From: Mobula hypostoma
Lineage: Eukaryota
Reading direction: 5' to 3'
DNA length: 64,000 nt
Assembly: GCF_963921235.1 (NCBI RefSeq)
Contig: NC_086097.1
Location: forward strand, 253,520,001-253,584,000
This document shows positions 50,049 through 62,357 of the stretch, piece after piece. Every line of letters begins with the position of its first letter. Position 1 is the stretch's first letter. The notes under the pieces were generated by a model. It did not search any database. It was not told the origin of the DNA and worked only from the letters and a program-made list of their open reading frames with translations. A program made the position numbers and the translations under genes.

Positions 50049-50052
50049 TCAA
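48058..50052 (-). CDS. CR1 ORF2 reverse transcriptase and C-terminus (664-aa open frame, endonuclease missing; start codon comes from the junction)
   Basis: [48 protein letters not shown]; probably not expressed as such. Confidence 0.6.
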   Translation of the reverse strand: MIIPVWQKNKSRKVVHPCLTREIRDSINSKEVAYKLARESGSPEDWEKFRAQQRRTKGLIRKGKKDNERKLAGNIKTDCKSFYRYVKRKRLVKTNVGPLQTETGELIMGSKDMADQLNNYFGSVFTKEDINNLPEIVRDRGSSEMEELSEIHVSREVVLGKLKGLKADKSPGPDGLHPRVLKEVAQEIVDALVIIFQNSLDSGLVPEDWRVANVTPLFKKGGREKPGNYRPVSLTSVVGKVLESVIKDVITAHLESGEIIGQSQHGFVKGKSCLTNLIEFFEDVTSRVDRGEPVDMVYLDFQKAFDKVPHRRLVCKLKAHGIGGKVLVWMENWLADRKQRVGINGTFSEWQAVTSGVPQGSVLGPQLFTIYINDLDEGIKCSISKFADDTKLGGSVSCEEDAKRMQSDLDRLGEWANSWQMQFNVDKCEVIHFSGKNRKTDYYLNGGRLGKGEVQRDLGVIIHQSLKVGMQVQQAVKKANGMLAFIARGFEYRSREVLLQLYKALVRPHLEYCVQFSSPNLRKDILAIEGVQRRFTRLIPGMAGLSYEERLDELGLYSLEFRRLRGDLIETYKILKGLDRLDAGRLFPMLGKSRTRGHSLRIKGKPFRTEIRKNFFTQRVVNLWNSLPQETVEASSLAIFKRELDMALVATGIRGYGGKAGAGF

Positions 50053-50332
50053 TTCAATTCTGCACCTGTTTCCTCAACACTACCTGTCCGTCCACCAACC
50101 TTAGTATCATCTGCAAACTTGGAAACAAAGCCATCTATTCCATCATCTAAATCATTGATAAACAGCATAAAAAAAATTGGTCCCAATACTGACCCCTGCG
50201 GAACATCACTAGTCACTGGCAGCCAACCAGGAAAGGATCCTTTTATTCCCACTCACTGCCTTCTACCAATCAGCCAATGCTCTAACCATGTTAGTAACTT
50301 TCCTGTAATACCATTGCACTGCATCCCCTTTA

Positions 50333-51150
50333 TCAGATGGAGTTTAATACAGACAAGTGTGAGGTATTGCACGTTGGAAGGACAAACCAAGGTAGAACAT
50401 ACAGGGTTAATGGTAAGGCACTGAGGAGTGCAGTGGAACAGAGGGATCTGGGAATACAGATACAAAATTCCCTAAAAGTGGCGTCACAGGTAGATAGGGT
50501 CGTAAAGAGAGCTTTTGGTACATTGTCCTTTATTAATCAAAGTATTGAGTATAAGAGCTAGAATGTTATGATGAGGTTGTATAAGGCATTAGTGAGGCCG
50601 AATCTGGAGTATTGTGTTCAGTTTTGGTCACCAAATTAGAGGAAGGATATAAATAAGGTTGAAAGAGTGCAGAGAAGCTTTACAAGGATGTTGCCGGGAC
50701 TTGAGAAACTCAGTTACAGAGAAAGGTTGAATAGGTTAGGACTTTATTCCCTGGAGCGTAGAAGAATGAGGGGAGATTTGATAGAGGTATATAAAATTAT
50801 GATGGATATAGATAGAGTGAATGCAAGCAGGCTTTTTCCACTGAGGCAAGGGGAGAAAAAAACCAGAGGACATGGGTTAAGGGTGAGGGAGGGGGGAAAG
50901 TTTAAAGGGAACATTAGCGGGGGCTTCTTCACACAGAGAGTGGTGGGAGTATGGAATGAGCTGCCAGACGAGGTGGTAAATGCGGGTTCTTTTTTAACAT
51001 TTAAGAATAAATTGGACAGATACATGGATGGGAGGTGTATGGAGGGATATGGTCCATGTGCAGGTCAGTGGGACTAGGCAGAAAATGGTTCGGCACAGCC
51101 AAGAAGGGCCAAAGGGCCTGTTTCTGTGCTGTAGTTTCCATGGTTTCTAT
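50333..51150 (+). mobile_element. CR1 3' part, same family as 1706-4068
   Basis: ORFs 50337-50561 and 50667-51077; 3' UTR near-identical to 3830-4068. Confidence 0.92.
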
Positions 51151-51339
51151 TCTTTCCTATCTATCCTACGTGTAAACTCCTCGAAGAATTCCACTAGGTT
51201 TTTCAGGGAACATTTTCCCTTAAGGAAACCATGTTGACTTTGTCTAACAAGTGCTACACATAGTAAGCGGAACAAGTGCTACACATGCCCTTACACTTCC
51301 TCCCTTACCACCATTCAGGGCTCCAGACAGTCCTTCCAG

Positions 51340-51666
51340 GTGAGGCGACACTTCACCTGTGAGTCGGCTGGCTTGATATACTGCGTCCGGTGCTCCCGAT
51401 GTGGCCTTCTATATATTGGCGAGACCCGACGGAGACTGGGAGACCGCTTTGCTGAATACCTACGCTCTGTCTGCCAGAGAAAGCAGGATCTCCCAGTGGC
51501 CACACATTTTAATTCCACATCCCATTCCCATTCTGACATGTCTATCCATGGCCTCCTCTACTGTAAAGGTGAAGCCACACTCAGGTTGGAGGAACACCAC
51601 GTTGTATTCCGTCTGGGTAGCCTCCAACCTGATGGTATGAACATCGACTTCTCTAACTTCCGCTAA
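51340..51666 (+). pseudogene. PLE GIY-YIG endonuclease domain (5'-truncated)
   Basis: IY...YIG motif with CxxC, conserved R, E and terminal GxN. Confidence 0.85.
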
Positions 51667-51962
51667 TGCCCCACCTCCCCCTCGTACCCCATCCGTTATT
51701 TATTTTTATACACACATTCTTTCTCTCTCTCTCTCCTTTTTCTCCCTCTGTCCCTCTGACTATACCCCTTGCCCATCCTCTGGTTGCCCCCCCCCTTGTC
51801 TTTCTCCCCGGACCTCCTGTCCCATGATCCTCTCGTATCCCCTTTTGCCTATCACCTGTCCAGCTCTTGGCTCCATCCCTCCCCCTCCTGCCTTCTCCTA
51901 TCATTTCGGATCTCCCCCTCCCCCTCCCACTTTCAAATCCCTTACTCACTCTTCCTTCAGTT

Positions 51963-51998
51963 AGTCCTGACGAAGGGTCTCAGCCTGAAACGTCGACT
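51963..51998 (+). ncRNA. Minimal type I hammerhead ribozyme motif
   Basis: AGUC-CUGACGA-AGG(gucucag)CCU-GAAA-CGUC-GACU. Confidence 0.75.
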
Positions 51999-53569
51999 GC
52001 GCCTCTTCCTGGAGATGCTGCCTGACCTGCTGCGTTCACCAGCAACTTTGATGTGTGTTGTCTGACTTTGACTTGTGTCACTAAGTACCCCATAACCTCA
52101 TCCTTAACAATTGTCTCCAACATCTTCCCAACCACTGAAGTCAATAATTGGTCTATAATTTCCTTTCTGCTGCCTTCTTCCTTCTTAAAGAGTGATCAAT
52201 TCTAATGCTTCCACGATCTCTACCGCTACATCTTTCAGAATCCAAGAGGGCAGTTCATCTGGTCCGGGTGACTTATGTACCCTTGGGTCTTTCAGCTTTT
52301 TGAGCACCTTCTCCCTTCTAATGGTAACTGCTTTCACTTCTCTTCCCTCACACCCTTCAACATCTGGCACATTGCTAGTGTCTTCCACAGTGAAAACTGA
52401 TGCAGAATACTCATTTGCTTCATCCACCATCTCCTTGGCCCCCGTTATTATTTCTCCAGCCTCATTTTCCAGTGGTCCTATATCCACTCTCATCTCTTTT
52501 TTATTTCTTACATACTTGACAAAGCTCTTACTTTCCACTTTGATATTGTTTGCTAGCTTGCTTTCATATTTCATCTTTTCATTCCCACATGTATCCCGCG
52601 CCTTCCTTGTTTTTCCCAGAAACGCACGCCATTGCTGCTCTGCCGACATCCCTGCCAGCAGCTCCTTCCAATTTACTTTGGCCAACTCCTCTCTCATACC
52701 ACTGTAATTTCCTTGATTCCACTGAAATCAGACTTTACGTTCTCCCTATCAAATTTCAAGTTGAACTCAATCATACTATGATCACTGTTTCCTTGGGGTT
52801 CTCTTACCTTAAGCGCCCTAATCACCTCCAGTTCGTTACAGAACACCGAATCCAGTATAGCTGATGCCCTAATAGGCTCAACAATGAACTGCTCTCAGAA
52901 ACCATCTTGTAGGCATTCAACAACCCACTATTGATTTGATGCCATTCTTTACCAGCAGAGCCAGGCCACCCCCTCTACCTACGTTTCTATCCCTCTGATA
53001 TAATGTGTAACCTTGGACATTCAGCTCCCAACTACAACCATCCTTCAGCCACGATTCAGTGATGGCCACAGCATCATACCTGACAATCTGTAATAGTGCA
53101 ACAAGATCATCCAATTTATTTCTTATACTCTGTGCACTGAGATGTAACACTGAGTACTGTATTTGTTACCCTTTTTGATTCTGCATCACTAATGCACTGG
53201 TACTCACCCTGCTGGCTGCAATTTTGTCTATCAACTGCCTGCCCTTCCTGACAGACTGACTATGTTGTGTCTTTGCTTTTTTAAAATCAGTCTTATCCTG
53301 TGTCCCATCACTCTAGTTCCCACCCCCTGCCAAATTAGTTTAAACCCTGCCCAACAGCTCTAACAGACTTGCCCACTGGAGTATTGGTCCCCCTCGGGTT
53401 CGGGTGCAACCCGTCACTTTTGAACAGGTCATACCTCCCCCAGAAGAGATCCCAGTGATCCAAGCATCTGAAGCCCTGGCCCCGGCACCTGCATCTCAGC
53501 CACACATTAATCCGCCAAATCATCCTGTTTCTACCCTCACTGGCACGTGGCACAGGTGGCAGTTGTGTG

Positions 53570-53785
53570 CGAAGATAAAAGAGATCAGCGGTTTCTGAGA
53601 TATTCATACCACCTCATCTGGCACCAGCAACCATTCTACAGTCAAAGCCGCTTGAATCAGATTTCTTCCCCATTCTGATGTTTGGTATGAACAACAATTG
53701 AACCTCTTGACCATGGTCTGCTGCCATGTGCTTGGCTGATTAGATACTTGCACTAACAAGTGGGTGTACTGGTAAACCTCAGAGC
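53570..53785 (-). mobile_element. Tc1 derivative left-end fragment, copy 4
   Basis: Similar to 37460-37535 plus 38750-38909. Confidence 0.75.
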
Positions 53786-53844
53786 AATTCAGAGATGCTC
53801 AGTTATGTGAATGTCTGTATTCAACTGTTCTGATCCTGTTTACA

Positions 53845-54060
53845 ATCCACCATTTCTGCTGGCAGCTTGTTCCACACTCTCACCACCCTCTGAATGAAAA
53901 AGTTCTCTCTCAGGTTCCCCTTAAACATTTCACCTTTCACCCTTAACCTATGAGCTCTAGTTCTAGTCTCACCCAACCTCAAAGGAAAAAGCCTGCTTGA
54001 TTTACCCCAACTATATACCTCATAATGTTGAATACCTCTATCAAATCTTCTCTCATTGTC
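53845..54060 (-). mobile_element. CR1 3' fragment
   Basis: ORF 53821-54075 (NFFIQRVVRVWNKLP). Confidence 0.8.
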
Positions 54061-54769
54061 CAATTCTCTCAGCAATAATGTAATCTTACATTACGCCTAT
54101 GCAATCTTTTATGTACTGAAGAAGGACAATAGACAACCCATACCTGCAGCTTGGTTTTTGTTTGAGCTGTTAGCCTTGCGACAGTGGCAGTAGTTAAAGG
54201 TTATTGACTTTGCCCATTTTGCCATGTCACGCATTCCTTCCCCCGGACCAGGAACACAACTGCGGAGGTTTCATCTCATTGGAATCTCCACACAAAAAGG
54301 CCAGCCCCGGAATTGTGGAACTGTGATACCTAATCCTCCAGTGGGCGCAAGTTAATTGTACTGCGTGCATGAATGCATGCATTCCTGAATGCATGGATCT
54401 CCAGTGGACTGTGCTGTCTCTCGAGGTTTTAAACACTATTGTTCACTAATCAAAGGGGAGTATTCAATGTGATATGGGATATGATGATGTTGATTAGTGA
54501 GCAAGATTACTGCCTCTTTTTCACCATGGTTTGTTTAAAATATATTGTCGTTTTCAACCAAGATTCTATCTTACCAAATTCCAGTACACTGTGGAAGGTA
54601 CTGTAGTCCATGGAAATGCTGGAAAATCTAGCTTTAAATATCTTTTAATGTTTGTTCAAGTATAGTTTTTTTGGTGTTTGTTCAAAAATCTAACCATTTG
54701 AATTCTAATTCAATGTGTACGAGATGTTGAGGCATCGGTCGGCATAAACACCAAGGACTACAGACCCAA

Positions 54770-55250
54770 ATGGAGCGAGCTGGGTCCTTTTTCTGTGGAG
54801 CGAAGGAGGGTGAGAGGTAAAGTGATAGAGGTGATAACAGGTGTAGATTGAGTGGATAGTCAGAGAATTTTTCCCAGAACAGAAATGGCAAATATGAGGG
54901 GCATAATTTTAAGGTGATTGGAGGAAAGTATAGGGTCTATCCACAACAAAGCAGCTGGAGATGTACAGAGTGTGTAAATCTCATTGCTAATATGAGGGGA
55001 ACATAAGTTTTTAGGTGATTGGAGGAATGTATAAAAGGGATGTCACAGGTAAGTTCTTTACATAGAGAATGGAGGGTGTATGAAACGCCCTGTCAGGGTT
55101 GGTGGTAGAGGCAGATACATTTTGGATGTCCAAGAGACTCTCAGACAGGCACATGGATGACATAAAAATAGATGGCTATGTGGGAGGGAAGGGTTAGATC
55201 GATCTTAAAGTAGGTTATGCGCTGAAGGGCCTGTACTGTGCTGTAATGTT
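54770..55250 (+). mobile_element. Degraded CR1 3' fragment with a short internal duplication
   Basis: aatatgagggg...aggtgattggagga present twice; terminal stem. Confidence 0.7.
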
Positions 55251-55378
55251 TGGCGCAAGGTCATGTTCATGGATCAGCGATTTAGGGTGCTGAACAGTAT
55301 TTGAATACATTACTCTAGGCTGAGTCTCAGTCAGTGACCAGAATATCTCCTGCTTTGTAGGTGATGGTCACAAAGCAG

Positions 55379-55495
55379 CTGGAGATGTAAAGAATGTGGA
55401 AATGTCTGGAGATATAAGGAGTGTGTAAATGTCTCGAGATGTAAAGTGTGTGTAAACAACTGGAGGTGTAAAGGGTGTGTAAATGTCTGGAGGTG
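55379..55495. repeat. Imperfect 27-bp tandem repeat, ~4.5 copies
   Basis: Unit approximately ctggagatgtaaagagtgtgtaaatgt. Confidence 0.85.
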
Positions 55496-55994
55496 AACTA
55501 GCGTTTTGGTGGTGAATTGCAGAACGACACAGACACACCAACGCACAAGTATAAATGCTCACAACGGCGTAGGCCACTTGCGTAGGCTACTACACAGAAG
55601 TATAAATCAGCATTTAGGAACATTTAAGAGAATCTTAGAAAGCCACTTGGATGACAGAAATTAGGAGGGCTGTGTGAGGGGGAAAGGTTAGAGTCAGAAT
55701 CAGGTTTAATATGCTGGCATATGTCGTTTTTGAGGCAGCCCTACCTAATAATAAGAATTATATTTAAAAGATTAAATTAAATAAGTAGTGCAAAAAGAGA
55801 TTAAAAAAGGAACAGAAATATTGAGATAGTGCTCATTGTCCATTTGGGAAGAAGTTGCTGCTAAATGTTGAGATTGATCTTGGAGTGGGTTAAAAGGTCA
55901 GCACAACATTGTGGGCTGAAGGGCCTGTACTGTGCTGTAATGTTCAACGTGATGTGTTCAAAGCAATCTTATTCACAAAATCCTTAGAAATTTG

Positions 55995-56640
55995 CAAATT
56001 TTTTGGCACAATATCTAAAACTTTGACAAATTTCTGTCGATGTGTGGTGGAGAGTATTGACTGGCTGCATCACAGGCTGGTATGGAAACACCGATGTCCT
56101 TGACTGGACATCCCTACAAAAAGCAGTGGGGACACCCCAGTCCATCCCGGGGAAAGCCCTCTCCTCTGCTGAGAACATCCAAACGGAGCGCTGTCGCAGG
56201 AAAGCATCATCCGTCATCAGAGTCCTCTCACCATTCAGGCCATGCTCTGTTCTTGCTGTTGCCATCAGGGAGAAGGTACAGGAGCCACAGGACCCACACT
56301 AACATCTTCAGGAACAATTATTACCCCATCACTGAAATGTTCCCACAACCAATGGAGCACGCACAGAGTGCTGGAGGAACTCAGCAAGCCAGGCAGTATC
56401 TATGGAAAAAAATACAGTGACGTTTCGGGCTGAGACCCTTCATTGGGATTGGAAAAAAAGCTGAGGAATCAGAGTCAGGAAGTCCACAACCCATGGACCA
56501 ACTTTCAAGGACTCTGCATTTCAAGCTCTTGATATTTATTGCTTATTTATTATTATCATTATTTTCTTTTATATTTGCACAATTTTTTTATCTTTTGCAC
56601 ACTGGGTGTTTGCCTATCCTGTTAGGTACGTTCTTTCATT
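55995..56640 (+). mobile_element. Rex1-type 3' fragment with a PLE/hammerhead remnant (~56355-56450, minus) inside
   Basis: LTGCITGWYG and LLPSGRRYRS motifs. Confidence 0.75.
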
Positions 56641-56694
56641 GATTCAAAGTTCAAAGTGCAAGGTAAATTTTATCATCAATGGTTGAAAAAGCTA

Positions 56695-57553
56695 CAAAGG
56701 TTCAGTTATTATCAAAGCGTGTATCCAAATACAACTCTGAAATCTGTCTTCTCCAGATAGTCACAAAACAAAGAAAGAATGTGAAAGTCATTGAAAGAGA
56801 TATATCAAAGCCAGCCCCCCCTGCACAAAAAAGAACCACATACCAATCATCAGCCTCCCAAAACCCCCCCTCACCCACACAAAATAGAACAGGAATATCG
56901 ATCCCCTAAAGCAACCCCACCCCTGCACAAAAACTAGCAGAACAACAACCCTGAAACACCCACCCCTCGCACAACAAAACGGAAAAGGGATGGGTGATAA
57001 AAACACAGAATATAAAAATCATAAGTCTGAAAAAGCCCACAGCTCATAAGCACAACAGTCCAATCCATAACCGCAGAACCACGGGAACACCTTACAATAT
57101 TACCGACATTCATCGAGTGAGAGGGTTACCAGATGAGGCAGAGGCCTACGCGCCTGCAACAGCGATAGGGCGCTCACAGACTCCTCTGGCATCGATCGAA
57201 AGGCAGGCAGTCGGCGCTGAAACCTCCTGCTTCCCTTCCGCATTTGCCTCGATGCCTCAACCCTCCTCGATACTTTAACCAGTGAAATGGAGTCAAACAT
57301 CGGCTCGAGCCCCATCTCGGTTTCTTTCCATTGAGGCTGTCCGAGTAGGCGCTGGCTTCCTGGAATCTTCTCGGAGATGGCAAAGTGCTGGGTCACTCAG
57401 TGAGTCTCTAAGCAGTAAATCACAGGCTCTGACAGTCGGGAAACACTCTTAAGGTGAAAAACAGATGAAGAAGTAAAACAGATATTTTCGTCAGCTATCT
57501 GGAAGATGGCGACCGAGGGAGTGTTGTACACTGGTGCTATCTCGACTGGAAGT
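56695..57553 (-). mobile_element. Non-coding ~860-bp retroelement with CpG-rich 5' part and Rex-like tail
   Basis: Minus-strand start acttccagtcgagatagcacc; gaagatggcg at 57502; interrupts a LINE tail that resumes near 57554. Confidence 0.45.
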
Positions 57554-60500
57554 TTCAGGGTACATGTATGTCACCATATACAACTCTGAGATCCATTTCC
57601 TTGCCGGCATACTCAACAAATCGCTGAGTAATAAACATGACAGAGTCAACGACAAATGCCCAACATGGGCGTTCAACCAGTGTGCAAGAGACAACAAACT
57701 GCAAATACAAAAAGAATAAATAATAATAATAATAATTAAATAAGCAATATTATGGTTCTTGGATTTACTGTGAATGCCCGCAAGAAAATGATCTCAGGGA
57801 GGTATATGGTGACGTTTATGTACTTTGATAATAAATTTACTTTGAACTTTGAAAACCCATCAGATGCTGGACATCTGAAATAGAAACAGAAAATGCTGGA
57901 AATATTCAACATATCGGTGGAGAGAAATTACTGGCCCGAGCCCAAATGGTGAAATACTATTTCACCAGCCGGACCTGCACTTTGTGTGCATTACTGTTGA
58001 TATTTGCCGCTGCTTGGACAAAAGTTACTGTGACTCTTCCTTTACCAGCTGGCTCTGAGAAAATTGACGCATTAGGCAGGGTGAGCAGATTGTTCTGTTG
58101 CAGAACTCTCTGTAGGAAGTTGGCTTCTAACTTCTTAAACACTTTAGAGAATAAGGTTAGGGGGGCAAACATGAAATCAAGGTAGAAATTAAACTTCTTT
58201 AAATAATTGTTTCAGATTTCATTTTTTTAATAATGCAGTATTGTTCTTGACAAGTAAAATGTAGGGGTTGACATGGTTGTTAATTAGTACATATAGCGTT
58301 TTGTTTAACTTTTCTAACTCAGTTAAACCTCATTCATCAAACGGTTATACGGTCAGACAGCGGACGTACTTGGCGTTTCAGCTTTCCACTGCTTACCCTG
58401 GGGAGGGCTACTACAACGCATTCTGTAGAAGAGCAGGAAATGAGTGACAACAGGGTTTCCGAATGTAACTGCCAGTGCTTACGCCAGGAGTTTTAATGTT
58501 GGATTTTTTACATTACAGAGGTGAACTCTGACCTCACGGAATTTTCATTGCTTTTTTTTCCTGGGCTCTTGATACCACTTCCTAAATCTCTTGCTTCAAT
58601 GGTTAATCACAATTGTCCAAGATTAGTTAAAGTAATTTCCAGTACAGAAGTGTAGGAGAATGAAATAATTGTTACTCCAGATCCAACATAGCACAAAAAA
58701 ACACAATCAAGTAAAGAACACAATAATAATTTTAAAAAAACACAATAAATATAAATACATGATACAGCTTATATACATAGATTGATCGTATATCCATAAA
58801 GAAGTGGTTTCCAAACTGGGAACCATGGTCCATTCAGGGTTAATGGTAGGGGGTCTATGGCATAAAAAATGTTGGGACCCCTGCTGTAAGGTGATACTAG
58901 GCTATACGTAAGGTGACTGACAGGAAATGATAAAGTAGTGGTAGTTGGGGGTGTGGAGGGGTGGGTCAGTGGGTGGAGGTGTTGATCAGCCTCACTGCTT
59001 GGGGAAGGTAACTGTTTGTGTCTGATGGTCCTGGTGTGGATGTTGTGTAGCCTCCTCCCTGATGGGAGTGGGACAAACGGTCCATGAGCAGGGTGGGTGG
59101 GATCCTTCATGATATCACTGGCCCTTTTCTGGCACCTTTCTGTATTTATGTCTTTGATGGTGGGTAGGCTGGTGCGTTGGGCAGTGTTAACGACAGTAGC
59201 ATAACTATATGTGCTGTATAAATGTACATACTGTGTTTTGCACCATGGCCCCAGAGGAGCGATGTTTCATTTAGCTGTATGTGTTCATGGTTGAAAGACA
59301 ACTACATTTGGAACTTGTTTTAGGATTATTGTGAAGATAAAGTTTTTGAAAAGGCAGTAACCAAAAGAAGATAGGTCTGCTCAGGGCCGATGAAGTGACC
59401 GAGGTTCAAATTGAGTCCTTTGTGTTGGTATTTACCAAGGAGAAGGATTGGGGGATCCACTGGGGGAGAGGCAGGCTGTAGCATCCGAATGCACTGGGAC
59501 ATTTTGAGATTCAGATACAAGTGTTAAACATTAATGTTCAAATTATGCCCCCTTAGTGTTAGCCAAATGGCCTGTCCAGTGTACTGTTCTGTTTTTATTA
59601 ATTTCCGGTGTATAGAGAGACAGCGTGCATCAAGACTTTCGGCCCTTTGAGGCACAACGTCCCAGCAAACCCTGTTTCAACCCTAGTCTATGCAACTTTT
59701 TACAATGACCCATTGCCTCCTTGGGACTGTGGGAGGAAGCTGGAGGTAACCCGCAGTTTCCATGGAGAGGATATACGAACTCGGGATTGAACTCTGAACT
59801 CTGACACCCCGAGCTGTAATATTGTGTTCTATATCTGTTCTTCTACAGTAAATTATATTATGGTTTGCAGCTGCATATGGTCAATGGGACTTGGCAGATT
59901 AATGGTTTGGTATGGATTCAGTGGGCCGAAGGGCCTGTTTCGGTGCTGTAGTGCTCTTTAACTCTGACTCCATTATACTTCTCTGAATTTAACAGAACTG
60001 TAAGCATAAAATTGATTCTAGATTCTAAATATATGTAGTGTGCATCTTGTGTCCTGAAGAAGGGTCTCGGCTGGAAATGTTTATAGTATTCTACGCTATA
60101 ACTGCTGCCTGACCTGCTGAGTTTGTGCACCATTTTGTGTGTTGCTCTGCATTTCCAGCATCTGCAGTGTGTTTTTACAGTCTGTGATATTTCAGTACAT
60201 TGGAAGGGTGTGGAAGCATGACGTTTCAAAATGTTGATTTTTTTTGTGTTGGCATTTGCATCAAACATTAGAGATGGCCCTTCTTTTTGCCAGACTTCCA
60301 ACCTACTCCAACATTAATCCAGCCTCCCCTCCCACATAGCCCTCCATTTTCTATCATGTGGCTATCTAAGAGTTTCTGAAATGCCTGTAATATTTCTGTC
60401 TCTACAATCACCCATGATGGGTTGTTCCACACATCCACCATGTTTCATGTACACCTGACATCCCTCACCCTCATACTTCCCTCCAATCACCTTAAAATGA

Positions 60501-60734
60501 TGAGTCATTTCTGCTCTGAGAAAAAGTATCAGACTGTCCACTCCATCTCTGCCTTGTATCATCATGTAAACCTCTATAAGTCACGCCTTGTCCTCCTTCA
60601 CCCCAAAGAGAAAAACGCTCGGTCACTGAGACTGTTCTCATAACAAGTTCACTCTCATCCAGTTGCTCTTACAATTAAGTTGTTTCTCTGTTTTTAAAAT
60701 GTAAATTATCTTTACAGCAAATCCTGTAAAAAGT

Positions 60735-61215
60735 AGTGGATACAGCCCAGTCTGACACAGGTAAAGCCCTCCCCAGCATTGTCACAAGAAAGCAGCATCC
60801 ATCATCAGGAACCCCCACCAGCCAGGTCATGCTCTCTTCTCACTGCTGCCATCAGGAAGGAGGTACAGGAGCCTCAGGACTCAGACCACCAGGTTCTGGA
60901 ACAGTTATTACCCTCAACTGAAGGGGATAACTCCACTCAACTTCACTCGCCCCATCACTGAACTGTTCCCACAACCTCTGGACTCACTTTCAAAGATTCA
61001 TCATCTCATGGTCTCAATATTTATTGCTTATTTATTTATTATTATTTTTCTTTTTGTATTTGTGCAGTTTGATGGTTTGTTTGCCTGTCTTGTGTATGGA
61101 TTTTCATTGATTCTATTGAGTTTCTTTGTCTTTACTGTGAACGTTTGCAAGAAAATGAATCTCAGGGCAGTGTATGGAGACACATGCTCTGATAATAAAT
61201 TTATTTTGAACTTCC
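60735..61215 (+). mobile_element. Rex1-type 3' fragment with TTTGAAC tail
   Basis: ctgccatcaggaaggaggtacaggagcctcaggac block plus the common tail. Confidence 0.75.
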
Positions 61216-61356
61216 AGAGTGTGCTTGCATGTAAAAGCAGCAATGAATGGCAGTGTGTCACGAGGGAGCAATTACGTTGAAGGTAACGTATGGAAACGAG
61301 AGTTCAGAGCTGGAAACCTTGGTGGTGGGGAGATCATCTTATTGATTTGATACTTT

Positions 61357-61852
61357 ATCAGTGGCTAAACATTTTAATTTTGATTCTCATTCCTGCTCTG
61401 GGATGTCAGTCCATGGCCTCCTCTTGTGTCATGATGAAGCCAGTCTCAGGGTGGTGGAACAACAACTTATATTCCGTCTGGGTAGCCTCCAAGCTGATGG
61501 TGTGAATATCCATTTCTCCTTCCAGTTAAAAAAATTCTCTCCCACTCCCCTCTTTTTCTATTCCCCTCTCTTCACCTCCCCCAGGTTCCCCTCCTCCTTC
61601 CCTTTCTCCCATTGTCCATTCTCCTCTCCTATCAGATTTCTTCTTCTCCCGCCCTTTGTCTTTCCCACTCACCTGGCTTCACCTATCACCATCTCGCTAT
61701 CCTCCTTCCCCTCCACCCACCGTTTTCATCTGCCATCTTCCCCCTTCCTTCTCAATCCTGATGAAGGGTCTCGGCTCGAAACGTCGACTCTTTATTCATT
61801 TGCACAGATGCTGCCTGACCTGCTGCGTTCCTCCAGCGTTTTGTGTGTGTTG
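61357..61852 (+). mobile_element. Penelope-like element 3' fragment, older copy
   Basis: HFNFDSHS..MSVHGLL..LIFRLGSLQADGVN; pyrimidine tract; hammerhead. Confidence 0.85.
61754..61789 (+). ncRNA. Hammerhead motif, core intact, one stem I mismatch
   Basis: AAUC-CUGAUGA-A-GGG(ucucgg)CUC-GAAA-CGUC-GACU. Confidence 0.6.
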
Positions 61853-62273
61853 AGATGGGTATTTGATGTTGTTTAAATGTCCATGGATTTCCCTCTTGGT
61901 GGTGGAGTGTTGTTAATACAGTAAGAACGGACGTTAATCATTTGGATAGGAAGTTCTTGCAACTTGGGGGGTGTCGATTTACCCTGCACTGTATAATATC
62001 CCGCACTGGCTTTCACCAGACCAAGGGTTATTTTTTAAGCAACATATGTTTGGAATCCGTGATTGTCTGATGTAACCGACCTCGCTGCCAAGCAGGCAAT
62101 TTAGAACAGTGTCTACAAACTATGTCCCAGACACATAATATATTTCAGATGGTGCAGTGCCGGAAACTCTTTCCACAGTAAAAGTCTGTTAATCTCAAAC
62201 TAAAAGTAACATTCTTTAACTTTTTACATCTTTCATGAACTTTCCTGAACTTTCCGGTGTTTATCTGTTTCAG

Positions 62274-62357
62274 CGCCCTAAACCCTCTGTTAACTCTCTG
62301 ATTGCCTCCTCGCTCGGGTCCTTGCACACCGGCCTCCAACACCATAACTTCCTGGTG
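62274..62357 (+). other. Candidate 84-nt internal exon of an unidentified host gene
   Basis: Long pyrimidine tract ending tttcag; donor GTG|GTGAGG; only one of three frames is open (RPKPSVNSLIASSLGSLHTGLQHHNFLV); lies in non-repetitive DNA. Confidence 0.3.

Larger units (their letters stand above)
51246..52060 (+). mobile_element. Penelope-like element 3' part (GIY-YIG endonuclease, pyrimidine-rich UTR, hammerhead)
   Basis: ORF 51340-51666 LIYCVRCSRCGLLYIGET...HF...PDGMN; upstream KCYTC linker suggests the Neptune type. Confidence 0.9.
46415..53555 (-). mobile_element. Old CR1 (3' end to ORF1 esterase) fragmented by five nested insertions
   Basis: Colinear pieces ~46415-46800, 47247-47560, 50053-50320, 51150-51245, 52060-53555 (ORFs 47238, 50049, 52185, 52917, 53335 with DGLHPN). 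Confidence 0.7.

Noticed and set aside
48058..50052. Possible domesticated or autonomous RT gene
   Set aside because: 5'-truncated, lacks the endonuclease and ORF1, ends in a CR1 tail and is nearly identical to another dispersed copy.
58323..58500. Possible exon after ttttctaactcag
   Set aside because: No convincing donor and no recognisable peptide in any frame.
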